A stretch of DNA of 64,000 nt from Acidobacteriota bacterium (GTDB lineage: Bacteria > Acidobacteriota > Vicinamibacteria > Vicinamibacterales > SCN-69-37). How positions within the stretch are numbered: position 1 is the stretch's first letter; the number at the start of each line of letters is the position of its first letter. Positions 1 to 9,611 of this stretch are shown piece by piece. The notes beneath the pieces were generated by a model. It searched no databases. It was not told where the DNA came from and worked only from the letters and a program-made list of their open reading frames with translations. Position numbers and translations under genes: made by a program. Location of the stretch: NCBI GenBank assembly GCA_039933635.1, contig JBDTNQ010000007.1, positions 11,244 through 75,243 on the forward strand, written 5' to 3'.

Positions 1-33
1 CGTGAAGTGATCGGGAAGATTCTCAAGTACTAG
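1..33 (+). CDS. 3' end of a gene entering from upstream (…REVIGKILKY*)
   Basis: Open frame from base 1 to TAG at 31-33, converging on the next gene; too short to identify. Confidence 0.35.
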   Translation, partial: REVIGKILKY

Positions 34-62
34 AATCGCCTTTCGACGCGCGGCCTTCGGCC

Positions 63-566
63 TCAGAACGTCCGTCCCACCGTCACGTTGGCACGCCAGT
101 GCAGTTCCCACCCGAGGCGGAACTCCGGCGCGAGGTACCAACCTCGGGCAGCCGGGATGCGCGCACCGGCGCCCGCGGTAAACGTCCCCTCGTTCGAGGA
201 GAAGGGACCGGTACCGACGCGCGTCATCATGTGCGTGACGCCGCCGCCGGCAATGACGTACGGGCGAAGCACGGCAGGGCGTTCGGGTGGCAACAGATCG
301 ACGGTCAGGTTGCCGGTCAGAAACCAATCGCGATCACTCCCGGGACCTCGCATGTAGGTGAACTCAGGGCCAATCGCCAGACGAGGCGTGATGTAGCCCC
401 TCGCACTTCCCTGCACGACTCCGTGCGGAATCGGACTGTCGTCCACGAACGAGGCGTATCCGCCGCCGATCTCGGCCAACGCGCGAAGATTCGTGCCCTG
501 CGCGGACACGGACGCCGCCCACATGAGCCCGATGCCTGCCGCCAGAACGGCCACTCTCCCGGTCAT
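63..566 (-). CDS. Outer-membrane beta-barrel (OmpA/PorT-like) domain protein
   Basis: ATG at 566 with GGAGG upstream; signal peptide (…AASVSA-Q); amphipathic beta strands; terminal Phe (…VTVGRTF). Confidence 0.7.
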   Translation of the reverse strand: MTGRVAVLAAGIGLMWAASVSAQGTNLRALAEIGGGYASFVDDSPIPHGVVQGSARGYITPRLAIGPEFTYMRGPGSDRDWFLTGNLTVDLLPPERPAVLRPYVIAGGGVTHMMTRVGTGPFSSNEGTFTAGAGARIPAARGWYLAPEFRLGWELHWRANVTVGRTF

Positions 567-634
567 ATCAGCCCTCCACCGGAGAGTGCGCAAACGCACG
601 GTCGAACGGCTCACGACGGCGCCACAAGCCGGGC

Positions 635-846
635 ATGAACTGGCGCTTGACCATCGCGTCGAAGGCCATCGCCGAAGCAGACGTCGTCTGGGGCAGCGCC
701 GCATTGGGATGGGAAGTCTCGATCACGATGGCGCACGCCGAGCGGCTCGGCCAGCTCGATCCACATCACACCGATCCGTTCGATCGGATGCTGATCGCAC
801 AGGCCCTCGCCGAACGCCCTACGGCGTGCCGATGGTGTGGACGTAG
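635..846 (+). pseudogene. vapC: Decayed VapC/PIN-domain toxin
   Basis: Segments SAALGWEVSI and HHTDPFDRMLIAQALAE in one frame, and YGVPMVWT* in another, match PIN toxin motifs; the N-terminal LLDT motif and internal segments are missing. Confidence 0.75.
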
Positions 847-853
847 CCGGGCC

Positions 854-3595
854 CTACTTCATCGAGAAGTCGGTCCAGCAGTCGGTTGTCGGCGTCAGGA
901 AGGGATCGTGGTCGTAGTCGTAGCGCGTGGACGACGATGCGCTCGGCGGCTCGCCGACATCCGCCACGCCGGCGCCCCCCACCCGGCCGATTGCCGGGGC
1001 GCCTCTCACCCGCATCGCGCGCGGATCCAGCGTGTTCGCGATAGTCTCGCGCACGTCCTGCAGATGCCGCCGCGTCATCGTGTCGGTCACCGCCGGCAGC
1101 GCGCGCGCCACCTGCTGATCCACCGCCCGCAGTTCGCCCCTGAAGAGCGCGCGGACCTCGTCAGTGGACACCGCGGCGCCATTGAGGCGATTGTCAATCG
1201 TGTCGAGGTACACACGCTGCACGTTGCGGCGGTAGATATCGATAGCGGCCGCGGGCGTCGTGAGTTCGCGCCAGATACCCGCGCGCAGATCGGTCAGGAG
1301 CTGCAGCGGCGAGTACGCGGCCGGATCCACGGCCGATTGCTCCACCATGCGATCGAGCCTGGAGTTCTGGAGCAGCGCGTTCATCAGCGAGTTCTGCGCG
1401 ATGCGGACGCGAGCCACGACGCCGGTGGGCTCGATCCGTCTCAGCAGGTCCGGCTGAATGAGGAACGACGGCGTCGTGAACGCATTGTCGAGCAGGAACT
1501 GCACGGCGCCGGCCTGCTTCGCTTTGGGCACGGGCGTGAATCGCACGCCCGTCTGTCCGGAATACAACTCGCGGGAGTCCATGCCGCCGACGACGTTGGC
1601 CACGTGGCCCAGTTCGAGACGCCACTGCGTGACCACGCGCGTGTAGGCCTCGAACAAGTCGTCGTACGGCTCGGTCGCCCGCGCCGTCGCCGGAATCAGC
1701 AGCGTCGCGACGCGTCGGAGGTTCTTGAGGCCCAACGCGGTGGCACGGGTCGGGTCGCTGTCGCCCACGGCCTCGCGCTGTTCGCCCGGATCGAATGGGA
1801 ACGGATCGCCTTCGGATTCCTCCGACGTCATGAAGCGCAACGTCGGGTTCTTTTCCTGCTCCCGCGCCCACGTGTCGAGCGTCGGCCGCTCGTCGTCGGC
1901 CGTTTTCGCGTTGCTGACCGGTGCATAGCCCCAGCGAATCGCGAACCGATCGTACGCGCCGATCTTCGGGATGAGGTCTTCGACGGCGATACCGTCCTCA
2001 GGCTGCGCCACGTAGTTGAAGCGCGCGTAGTCCATGATGCTCGGCGTGTGCCCGTTGAGCTTGACGAAGGCCTTGTCGCGCACCTGTTCGACCGTATAAA
2101 GCGAGCTGGCCTTCATGTTGTGGCGCAACCCAAGGGTATGCCCCAGTTCGTGCGCGACGATGAACTCGATGAGCCGGCCCATCAGCGGATCCGGCAGCGG
2201 AAGCTTCTGCGCCTGCGGATCGAGTGCGCCCACCTGCGTGAAATACCACATGGCCGCGAGGTTCTGGACGTTGTGGTACAGCTGGATGTCCGCATCGAGA
2301 ATCTCGCCGCTGCGCGGATCCGAGACGTGCGGCCCCGAGGCGTTTTCGGTGGTCGACGGCAGCCAGCGGATGACCGAGTAGCGGACGTCTTCGGCGTCCC
2401 AGTCCGGATCCTCTTCCCTGGTCGGCGCGTCCTTCGCGACAATCGCGTGGCTGAAGCCGGCGGCCTCGAACGCGGGCTGCCAGTCTTCAACCGCCTTCTT
2501 GATCCACGGCACGAACTTCGTCGGCGTGGCGGGATCGACGTAGTAGACGATCGGCTTCACCGGGTCGGACAGGGCGGCACCGGGGTCTTTCTTTTCGAGG
2601 CGATACCGGTTGATGAACGCGCGCTGCACGGCACGCGGCTCCTCCCGGCTGTAGTCGTAGAGGGCATCGGCGAAGTACCCCACACGGCTGTCGTACAAAC
2701 GCGGCGTCATCGGGTGCTCGGGCAGTTCCACGAGGCTGTGGAACAACACGATCGTGCCGCTGCTGCCGCGCATGCCTCCGCGGCCACGACCACCGCCTGG
2801 GGCGGCGTCCGCTGCCGCACCCGCGGTATACGTCTGCGTCACCTGCACGTTGATGTTCTGCGGAAACGACACGACCTTTTCGAGGTACGACCGCGACTGA
2901 TCCATGCCGCGCGCCCCAAGGCTCTGACGCGGTGAGAACTCCGTAACCTCACTCAGAAAGAGGCTGGTCACATCGATCACAGGGTCGCCGTTGGGATTGG
3001 CCACGACCAGAGCGAAGGCGCGCACGATGGCGGGATTGTTCGAATCCGCGACGGCCTGCGCAATCGGCTTCGAGGGATCGGCCGTGACGTCGTAGTCGAT
3101 GGTCTTCAGGAACACGCGCTGGTTGCTCAGTTCCCAGCGCACCACGCGCGAGGTCACCGCCTGGCCGCCGTAACCGGCGCCCAGCGTGTTTCGCTTGATC
3201 TGGGTCACCCAGAGGAAGTCGCGCCCAAGCTGCGCCTTCGGAATCTCGAAGTAGATGTTGTCGCCGACCCGATGCACCTTGAAGATGCCCTCGTCGGTCT
3301 TGGCCTCCGCCAGCAGTTGCGCGTAGGTGCGTTGGGCGAAACCGCGTCCGCGACCGGTCGGCGCCTGCTGAGCGGGGGGCGTGGCGGGATTCGCCGCTGG
3401 CGCGGGGACGGGGGCCGGCGTCTCGGGTTCCTGCGGCGCCGGTGCGGGGTCCTGCGCGAAGATCGGCGAGTCGGGCGTGACAACGCCCTGCGACACTCCA
3501 CGGACGATCTCCTGCGCCGACGCCCCGACAACCAGTGCGCTCACGCTGGCGACCGCCAGTAACCAGGTGGACGTCGCCCTGCTCTTCGACCTCAT
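854..3595 (-). CDS. Secreted zinc-dependent metalloprotease (DUF5117/DUF5118 + Met-zincin/EcxA-like)
   Basis: 913 aa; signal peptide; HELGHTLGLRHN zinc motif; SIMDY Met-turn; DPRSGEIL motif. Confidence 0.9.
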   Translation of the reverse strand: MRSKSRATSTWLLAVASVSALVVGASAQEIVRGVSQGVVTPDSPIFAQDPAPAPQEPETPAPVPAPAANPATPPAQQAPTGRGRGFAQRTYAQLLAEAKTDEGIFKVHRVGDNIYFEIPKAQLGRDFLWVTQIKRNTLGAGYGGQAVTSRVVRWELSNQRVFLKTIDYDVTADPSKPIAQAVADSNNPAIVRAFALVVANPNGDPVIDVTSLFLSEVTEFSPRQSLGARGMDQSRSYLEKVVSFPQNINVQVTQTYTAGAAADAAPGGGRGRGGMRGSSGTIVLFHSLVELPEHPMTPRLYDSRVGYFADALYDYSREEPRAVQRAFINRYRLEKKDPGAALSDPVKPIVYYVDPATPTKFVPWIKKAVEDWQPAFEAAGFSHAIVAKDAPTREEDPDWDAEDVRYSVIRWLPSTTENASGPHVSDPRSGEILDADIQLYHNVQNLAAMWYFTQVGALDPQAQKLPLPDPLMGRLIEFIVAHELGHTLGLRHNMKASSLYTVEQVRDKAFVKLNGHTPSIMDYARFNYVAQPEDGIAVEDLIPKIGAYDRFAIRWGYAPVSNAKTADDERPTLDTWAREQEKNPTLRFMTSEESEGDPFPFDPGEQREAVGDSDPTRATALGLKNLRRVATLLIPATARATEPYDDLFEAYTRVVTQWRLELGHVANVVGGMDSRELYSGQTGVRFTPVPKAKQAGAVQFLLDNAFTTPSFLIQPDLLRRIEPTGVVARVRIAQNSLMNALLQNSRLDRMVEQSAVDPAAYSPLQLLTDLRAGIWRELTTPAAAIDIYRRNVQRVYLDTIDNRLNGAAVSTDEVRALFRGELRAVDQQVARALPAVTDTMTRRHLQDVRETIANTLDPRAMRVRGAPAIGRVGGAGVADVGEPPSASSSTRYDYDHDPFLTPTTDCWTDFSMK

Positions 3596-3630
3596 GCACG
3601 CCTCCAGATGTCCGGGTAACCCCGAACGGG

Positions 3631-3636
3631 ATTATA
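3631..3636 (-). promoter_or_regulatory. sigma70 -10 element (TATAAT) for the metalloprotease gene
   Basis: Perfect TATAAT about 35 nt upstream of the ATG, followed by a GGAGG Shine-Dalgarno. Confidence 0.6.
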
Positions 3637-3717
3637 CGACCGCGTCCGGACTCAGGATTTCATACGACCGGCCAGGCCCCGTTGCTGCAGCCCCCGGCCG
3701 CCTGCCAGAATCGCCCG

Positions 3718-4338
3718 ATGTCTGTCGCCTGGCCGGTGATCCTGATCGCCACGACCAACCGCGGGAAGATTCGAGAAATCACCCAGGCGCTGGCCGGACT
3801 GTCAGTGGACTGGCGCACCCTCTCCCAGCTTCCCGCGACGCCCGAGCCGGACGAAACCGGCACCTCCTTCGCGGAGAACGCCCGGATCAAGGCCTGCGCC
3901 TACGCTGCCGCATCAGGACTGCCGACCGTCGCCGAAGACTCCGGCCTGGCCATCGACGCGCTTCATGGCCGGCCCGGCGTGCTCAGCGCCCGATACCCAG
4001 GCGCGACCTACGCGGAGAAGTTCGCGGGACTCTACCGGGAGCTGACGCCACACCCACGGCCCTGGCCGGCCCATTTCATCGCCGCGCTGGCGTTCGCCGT
4101 GCCGGATCCCGGCCCCCCGAGCGTGATCTATGAATGTGAAGGTGTCGTTAACGGCGAGATTGTTCCTGCGCCTCGCGGCTCGAGCGGCTTTGGCTACGAC
4201 CCGATCTTCGCCTACACATCAGACGGTAGAACCGGCGGCGAGTTATCCGACGATGAGAAGCTCATGATCTCTCACCGCGGCCGGGCGTTTCGCCAGTTTC
4301 GGGAGTGGCTCGAAGGGGCTCAGACGCTCAGCGGCTGA
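3718..4338 (+). CDS. rdgB: Non-canonical purine NTP pyrophosphatase (RdgB/HAM1)
   Basis: ATTNRGK, ENARIKA, EDSGL, GFGYDPIF and ISHRG motifs. Confidence 0.93.
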   Translation: MSVAWPVILIATTNRGKIREITQALAGLSVDWRTLSQLPATPEPDETGTSFAENARIKACAYAAASGLPTVAEDSGLAIDALHGRPGVLSARYPGATYAEKFAGLYRELTPHPRPWPAHFIAALAFAVPDPGPPSVIYECEGVVNGEIVPAPRGSSGFGYDPIFAYTSDGRTGGELSDDEKLMISHRGRAFRQFREWLEGAQTLSG

Positions 4339-5293
4339 GTCGCGCGACGACGCCGGAGGGGATGTCGAGCGTGTAGATCGCCTGGACCTGCTTGGCATCG
4401 CTACCCGCCTCCGAGGTCGGGACGAGCACGAACGCGATCTTGCTGCCATCGGGTGACCACCGGGGATCGATCGCATTCGCACCGGCCATGGCGACGGCAA
4501 TCTTCTGATTGGTGCCGTCCACGTTCATCGTGAACAACTCGGCCGACCCATTCCGGGTGGTCACGAAGGCAATCTGCTTGCCGTCGGGCGACCAGGTCGG
4601 GCCCATCCCGTTCTGGGGATCAAAGGTCAGACGCCGCATGGCGCCCGTCGCGGGATCGAGGATCTGGACGTCCCGATTCATCTGAAACGCGATCTGCCGG
4701 CCGTCGGGTGAATATTGCGGCGCCCAGTTCGAGAACTCCGTCGTCAGCCGCTGCACGTCACTGCCATCCGCCTTCATCGTGTACAGGTCGGGACTCACGC
4801 GTCCGCCGCGGTCGGACGTGAACGCGATGCGCGATCCGTCCGGCGACCACGCCGGGGAGCGATCCTCCGCGGGATTGTTGGTCAACCGCCGGAGGCCTGT
4901 CTTGTTGCGGTTCATGACGTAGATCTCGACGTTGCCGTCGCGATCGGACTCGAACGCGATGTGCTGGCCGTCGGGCGAGATGGCCGGACTCCCCTCGTTC
5001 GCGTCACTGGCCTCCGTGAGGTTCTCGCGCGAGGAGCCGTCCGCTCGCATGGCGAAGATGTCACCCTTGCGCGTCCCGATCTCCGCGGAGAACACCAGTG
5101 ACTGGCCGTCCGGCGCCCAGCCCGGCGCGCCATCTCTGGCCGGTTCCCGTTCGCGATACCACCAGTAGCCGCCGAGGACGATCACCAGCAGCACCGCGAC
5201 GGCTCCGCTGGTCATGCCCCATCGGAGTTGCATCTGGCGACGGAGCTGATCGGATGCGCGACGCTTCTGACTCCGGGGAGCGGACGACGACAT
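4328..5293 (-). CDS. Membrane-anchored TolB-like/PD40 beta-propeller protein
   Basis: N-terminal TM helix then repeated P.WSPDG..IAF repeats. Confidence 0.85.
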   Translation of the reverse strand: MSSSAPRSQKRRASDQLRRQMQLRWGMTSGAVAVLLVIVLGGYWWYREREPARDGAPGWAPDGQSLVFSAEIGTRKGDIFAMRADGSSRENLTEASDANEGSPAISPDGQHIAFESDRDGNVEIYVMNRNKTGLRRLTNNPAEDRSPAWSPDGSRIAFTSDRGGRVSPDLYTMKADGSDVQRLTTEFSNWAPQYSPDGRQIAFQMNRDVQILDPATGAMRRLTFDPQNGMGPTWSPDGKQIAFVTTRNGSAELFTMNVDGTNQKIAVAMAGANAIDPRWSPDGSKIAFVLVPTSEAGSDAKQVQAIYTLDIPSGVVARLSR

Positions 5294-5332
5294 GAGACAG
5301 GGACAGTCTACAGCTACGTGCGGGTCAGTTCG

Positions 5333-8300
5333 TCAATGTTGCTGCGTCACGGGATCGGCGCCGATCGTGCCCTGCAGATGCTCGAGATAGGCCGGTGACG
5401 CGACGAAGGCGAGACGGGCGCGGGCGGCGGCAGAGTCAGTGGCCCGCACGTGACGCGTCCAGAGCGCGGCATCGCGTTCCTGCTTGGTGACCAGGCGCTG
5501 GTGGTACCAGTCGCTGGCCAACACGGACTCGCGCGTGAACATCGCGCGAATGACGGGATCGGTCACGTCACGGCCATCGTACGCGCCGTGCGCCATGATG
5601 TGCAGGAGTGCGCGAACGGGCGGACAGGCGGCGTGGATACTCCCGTCCTCGAAGTAGTTCAACGCCACGCGGCGCTGCGCTTCGCAGATGGCCTCGACGC
5701 CAGCGGCAAACACCGCGCGGTCCTGCAGTTCGGGGCGCAAGAGGTCGTCCGAGAACACGCGATCCGGCATTTCGAAAATCCGGCCCAGGAACCGATCGAC
5801 GAACGCCGCCGTGATCCGGTATCCCAGCCGGCTCGCACGCACCGTCCGCCCCTCGAACTCGAAGTCCCGCACCGGCTCGAGATAGCCGCGCTCGATCAGG
5901 AACGCGGGCTCCCGTTCGTAGGTCCGCATGCGGCACCAGATTTCCGGCACCAGCATGCTGTTGTCGTGGTCGACGCGGTAGAGCGGACCCACATGGCCTG
6001 CCGCCGTCGTGAAGCCGCCATACCCCGTCAGCATGAACGACACGAGCGCGTTGTTGACGTCGATGACGGGTGATAGGGCATTGAACGGCCCCTTCGTCAG
6101 CGCGCCTTCACTCCCGAAGCCCGTCGTCGACGGCGACTTGCCCGTGAGGCTGCAGATGAAGTCCATGAAGAGTTCTGGCAATTCCTGGTACTGAATCGGG
6201 CTGTAGACCGCGAGGGGCGGAAGGCCGGCCTTCGCGTCCGGCGGATTGTTGCGGCGTCCGGCGAGCACGGCGTTCACGGGAAAATGGACCGGCTCATCCG
6301 ACGGGATCTCGCGGGCCAGGCGGGTGCCGACCTCCGCGAGGTAGGGATCGCGCGGGTTCGCGAAGTCCGGCCGCAACTGCAGGTAACGCGGATTCTTGGA
6401 CGGTGCGCCGTCGACGATCCGCGGGTGCGCGGACGAGACGATGTACGCCGTCCGTGGTGCGGCGACGAAGGTCGACAGCAGCCCTTTCATCGGATCGGAG
6501 TACTGATCGAACTCCACGACGCGGTCGGCGATCGCGCGCGCGTCGTCGACCGTCAGCGGCTCGAAATTGGAGCAGAACAGACCCGTCGCGGCCATGTCTG
6601 CTTCCGCGTCCTTGTCGACGCCGCGATGAACGGCATCGTCGGGCCGCTGGAACAGGCGCGCCTCGCAGTTGATCAGGAGCTTGACGCTCTTGTGCGGGTA
6701 CTCGGGATCGAGGTGCGTGAGGCTCTCCCGCGGCAGCACCACGGACGCGGTGATGTCGTCTTCCACCTGGACCTTGTCGGCAGGATTGAAGTCCGGCCGC
6801 AACTTGAAGATGCGCCACGAACCATTCGGGTCGTAGCCGACGCGCAGGTAATTGCCGACGAGTTTCTGGTTGTCGAACTTCAACTCGTGGCCCTGAGAGC
6901 CATCGGTGCGATCCACGGTGAAGTACTGACGCCAGTTGTCGCCCCACTCGGGCCGGTAGTAGCGCTTGACGGTGACGATCAGCTGGCGGATCGTGCGCGG
7001 CAGCCGCTGCAGCCACGCGTTGTGTTCGTCGGTGTACTCGCTCGACGGCGTGAGCAGCTTGATGACCGATCCGAGTGATCGCTGGCCGCTCAGGATGGGA
7101 CGCGCGGCACGGTCGCGGTCGTGATCGCGCTTGTAGATGCCGGCAAAGTCCCGCTTCAGGATCGCTTCCACCTGCTCGATATCGAGGTGGTAGTCATTCA
7201 CGAACACCGGCCCTTTGAGGATGATGCTCGCGAGCGACTTGGAGATCTCGGACTTGCCGCCGCCGGAGACGGTGCACGGCTTGTGGCACAGGATGCCGTC
7301 GGCGCGCGAGGCGATGAGGCGCCACGCGGATCCGCCGGGCTGTTTCTCGAGCCGGATCTTCGTCCCCCACGGCAGCACGTAGGTCTCCGCCGGACGCAGT
7401 ACCAGTTGGTGGGTCCGATCGCCGACGGTCCAACGCACGCGGCCTTCGCGCACCAGGAAGTCCGCGTTTTCCGGCACGTAGAAGATGTCCGGGTAGGTCG
7501 CGTCCACCGCATAGCGCTCGGGCTTGAGCATCACCCGTGTGCCGAGGAGCGCCATCGCTTCTTCGTACACGACCTGTTTCGTGAGCACCGTCCGGCCCGC
7601 GTAGAACTCCTGGCCCAGCACGTAGGCGGGAAAGGCAATGGCGCCCCCGGCGTGTTCCTCTTCCGCCATGCCGAACAGGTTCGCCGCGTAGCTGATCTGC
7701 GTCTTCACTTCCTTCTTGCAGTAGCCGTAGTAGTTGTCGGCGATCACGGTCACGATCACGCCGCGCATGTCGCGGCAGGTGACCTTGAACGCGTCACCGT
7801 CGTTGTACAGGTCCTGCTCGTCGCGCCAGCACATTCCGTCGCGCCGCTGGATCTCCGTGGCATCGTCGTAGTGCGGCAGCCCGACGTCCTTCTTGCGCAC
7901 GCCGACGAGGTGCGGGGCCAGAATCACGCATCCGGTGTGGCCGCTCCAGTGCTCGACGTCGAGCGCGGCGTCGTTCTCGGGGAGATACGGATCACCGGCG
8001 TTGCCAAAGATCGACTCGACGAAATCGAGATTGCTGACGAGACTGGCCGGCGCGATGAAACGCGTCTCCATGCTGCGCGCGGGCTCGGTACCGGTCGCGG
8101 GACAGATGACCGGACGCAACAGCAGCGTCACGAACATCCGCGCCTGGTCGGTCTGGCCGGCCGTGAACGGGAGCGTCAACACGCTCTCCGGCGGATTCAG
8201 CGCCGCGGCCAGCAGCGCGCCGAACGTGCGCTTCGGCACGGTGATCTTGTCGGCCGGCACGGGCAGACCGCCGTCGGCGATGTGAAAGATGCCCTTCGTG

Positions 8301-8740
8301 GTACGCCGGTCGCTCTTGGGGTTGTGCAGCACGCCCTGCGCGAGGCGATACGACTTCAAGTACGGGGATGAGTAGAAGTCCTCGCCCGCCGGCAGTGACA
8401 TCACACGCGCCAGGCCGGGGCGATCGAGCACGAACGTGCGGCCGGGCAGGCGTGGAACGGCCGCGACGGGCCCGTCACCAGTCGAAGACGGGAGCGTTCG
8501 ACCGGGAGAAGGCTCGGTCAGGTACGCATCGAGAAACGCCTGGATGCGCGCGTCCACCGGGCAGAGACGGCCTTCGAGCAGCAGATCCTTCTGGTGATAA
8601 TTCCGCAGCAGCGGCCCCGCCAGCTCGAGGAAATACGGATCGGCGCTCTTGTTGCTGACCGGCTGACCGAGCGCCGCCAGTTTCAGATCGATGTAGCGAA
8701 TGAGTTCCTGTGAATCGGGGACAGACCGGACTCGGTGCAC
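5333..8740 (-). CDS. PPi-dependent phosphoenolpyruvate carboxykinase (PPi-PEPCK family)
   Basis: About 1135 aa; NYYGYCKKEVKTQISYAANL, EEEHAGGA, CHKPCTVSGGGKSEISK, VQVEDDITAS and SEGALTKGPFN motifs; GTG at 8740 preceded by GAGGAG. Confidence 0.82.
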   Translation of the reverse strand: MHRVRSVPDSQELIRYIDLKLAALGQPVSNKSADPYFLELAGPLLRNYHQKDLLLEGRLCPVDARIQAFLDAYLTEPSPGRTLPSSTGDGPVAAVPRLPGRTFVLDRPGLARVMSLPAGEDFYSSPYLKSYRLAQGVLHNPKSDRRTTKGIFHIADGGLPVPADKITVPKRTFGALLAAALNPPESVLTLPFTAGQTDQARMFVTLLLRPVICPATGTEPARSMETRFIAPASLVSNLDFVESIFGNAGDPYLPENDAALDVEHWSGHTGCVILAPHLVGVRKKDVGLPHYDDATEIQRRDGMCWRDEQDLYNDGDAFKVTCRDMRGVIVTVIADNYYGYCKKEVKTQISYAANLFGMAEEEHAGGAIAFPAYVLGQEFYAGRTVLTKQVVYEEAMALLGTRVMLKPERYAVDATYPDIFYVPENADFLVREGRVRWTVGDRTHQLVLRPAETYVLPWGTKIRLEKQPGGSAWRLIASRADGILCHKPCTVSGGGKSEISKSLASIILKGPVFVNDYHLDIEQVEAILKRDFAGIYKRDHDRDRAARPILSGQRSLGSVIKLLTPSSEYTDEHNAWLQRLPRTIRQLIVTVKRYYRPEWGDNWRQYFTVDRTDGSQGHELKFDNQKLVGNYLRVGYDPNGSWRIFKLRPDFNPADKVQVEDDITASVVLPRESLTHLDPEYPHKSVKLLINCEARLFQRPDDAVHRGVDKDAEADMAATGLFCSNFEPLTVDDARAIADRVVEFDQYSDPMKGLLSTFVAAPRTAYIVSSAHPRIVDGAPSKNPRYLQLRPDFANPRDPYLAEVGTRLAREIPSDEPVHFPVNAVLAGRRNNPPDAKAGLPPLAVYSPIQYQELPELFMDFICSLTGKSPSTTGFGSEGALTKGPFNALSPVIDVNNALVSFMLTGYGGFTTAAGHVGPLYRVDHDNSMLVPEIWCRMRTYEREPAFLIERGYLEPVRDFEFEGRTVRASRLGYRITAAFVDRFLGRIFEMPDRVFSDDLLRPELQDRAVFAAGVEAICEAQRRVALNYFEDGSIHAACPPVRALLHIMAHGAYDGRDVTDPVIRAMFTRESVLASDWYHQRLVTKQERDAALWTRHVRATDSAAARARLAFVASPAYLEHLQGTIGADPVTQQH

Positions 8741-8906
8741 GAAGCGCTCCTCGGTCGCCTGCGCCGCACGCGCACGGCGGATGGTTCCATCAGAATAGAC
8801 CGACACCGAGACGCCACGCGTACGGTTTCCACCCGCTGGAGGCCGTCGAGATGCCGCGTCCACAAGGACGTCCCGCGGGCGCGCCGAAAACCGACAACCT
8901 TGCAGA

Positions 8907-9551
8907 TCAGCCCGCGTCGAGCGTCGTCGTCATGCCCTGCAGATGGGCGTCATCATTCACGCGGAGCGTGGACCATCCACCGTTGGCATCAACCGTGATG
9001 TGCAGAATCGAGGCGTTGGCGATGGGATCGACGACCGGTGGCTCTTGAAGACCGGCAAGCGGCAGCCTCCCAGACCCCAGCAGGTGCAGGATCGAGCGCA
9101 CCACGCCGCCGTGCGTGACGACGGCGACGCACGCGCGATCGGCGTAGCGCTCGACGACCGATGACAAGGCCGCGTGCACGCGCGCGCGAAAGTCCGTTGA
9201 CGACTCGCCACCTGGCGGATCGATGGTGCCCGATGCCGTCCGCCAGATCTCGAGGTCGCCCAGGGTTTGTCCCTCGAGTTCGCCGAACGCCCGTTCGCGC
9301 CAGGCCGGGTCGACCACGATCTCGAGGTCGAGCGCGCGAGCGATCGGCTGCGCCGTCTGCAGTGCCCGCGGCAGATCCGAACTGACCAGGACCTCGATCG
9401 GGGGGGTGGCGGTCACGAGCCGCTGCGCCAGCCGCTCAGCCTGCTGCCTTCCCAACTCGTTCAACGACGTGGGCCGATGCCCCTGCAGTACGCCGCTGGC
9501 GTTCGCATCAGTCTGACCGTGGCGGAGAACAAGAATGTGACGGGGAGACAC
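8907..9551 (-). CDS. Histidine phosphatase (phosphoglycerate mutase-like) family protein
   Basis: LRHGQT, SSDLPRA, ER.FG.LEG and VTHGG motifs. Confidence 0.9.
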   Translation of the reverse strand: MSPRHILVLRHGQTDANASGVLQGHRPTSLNELGRQQAERLAQRLVTATPPIEVLVSSDLPRALQTAQPIARALDLEIVVDPAWRERAFGELEGQTLGDLEIWRTASGTIDPPGGESSTDFRARVHAALSSVVERYADRACVAVVTHGGVVRSILHLLGSGRLPLAGLQEPPVVDPIANASILHITVDANGGWSTLRVNDDAHLQGMTTTLDAG

Positions 9552-9611
9552 AGCATTTCATTCTCCCCGATCCCGTCGTGGGTCTGCTCAGGACACGGCG
9601 GCAAACGCTCT

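Noticed and set aside
635-2935. 766-aa plus-strand ORF
   Set aside because: Antisense shadow of the metalloprotease in high-GC DNA; only its first ~60 codons (vapC remnant) are meaningful.
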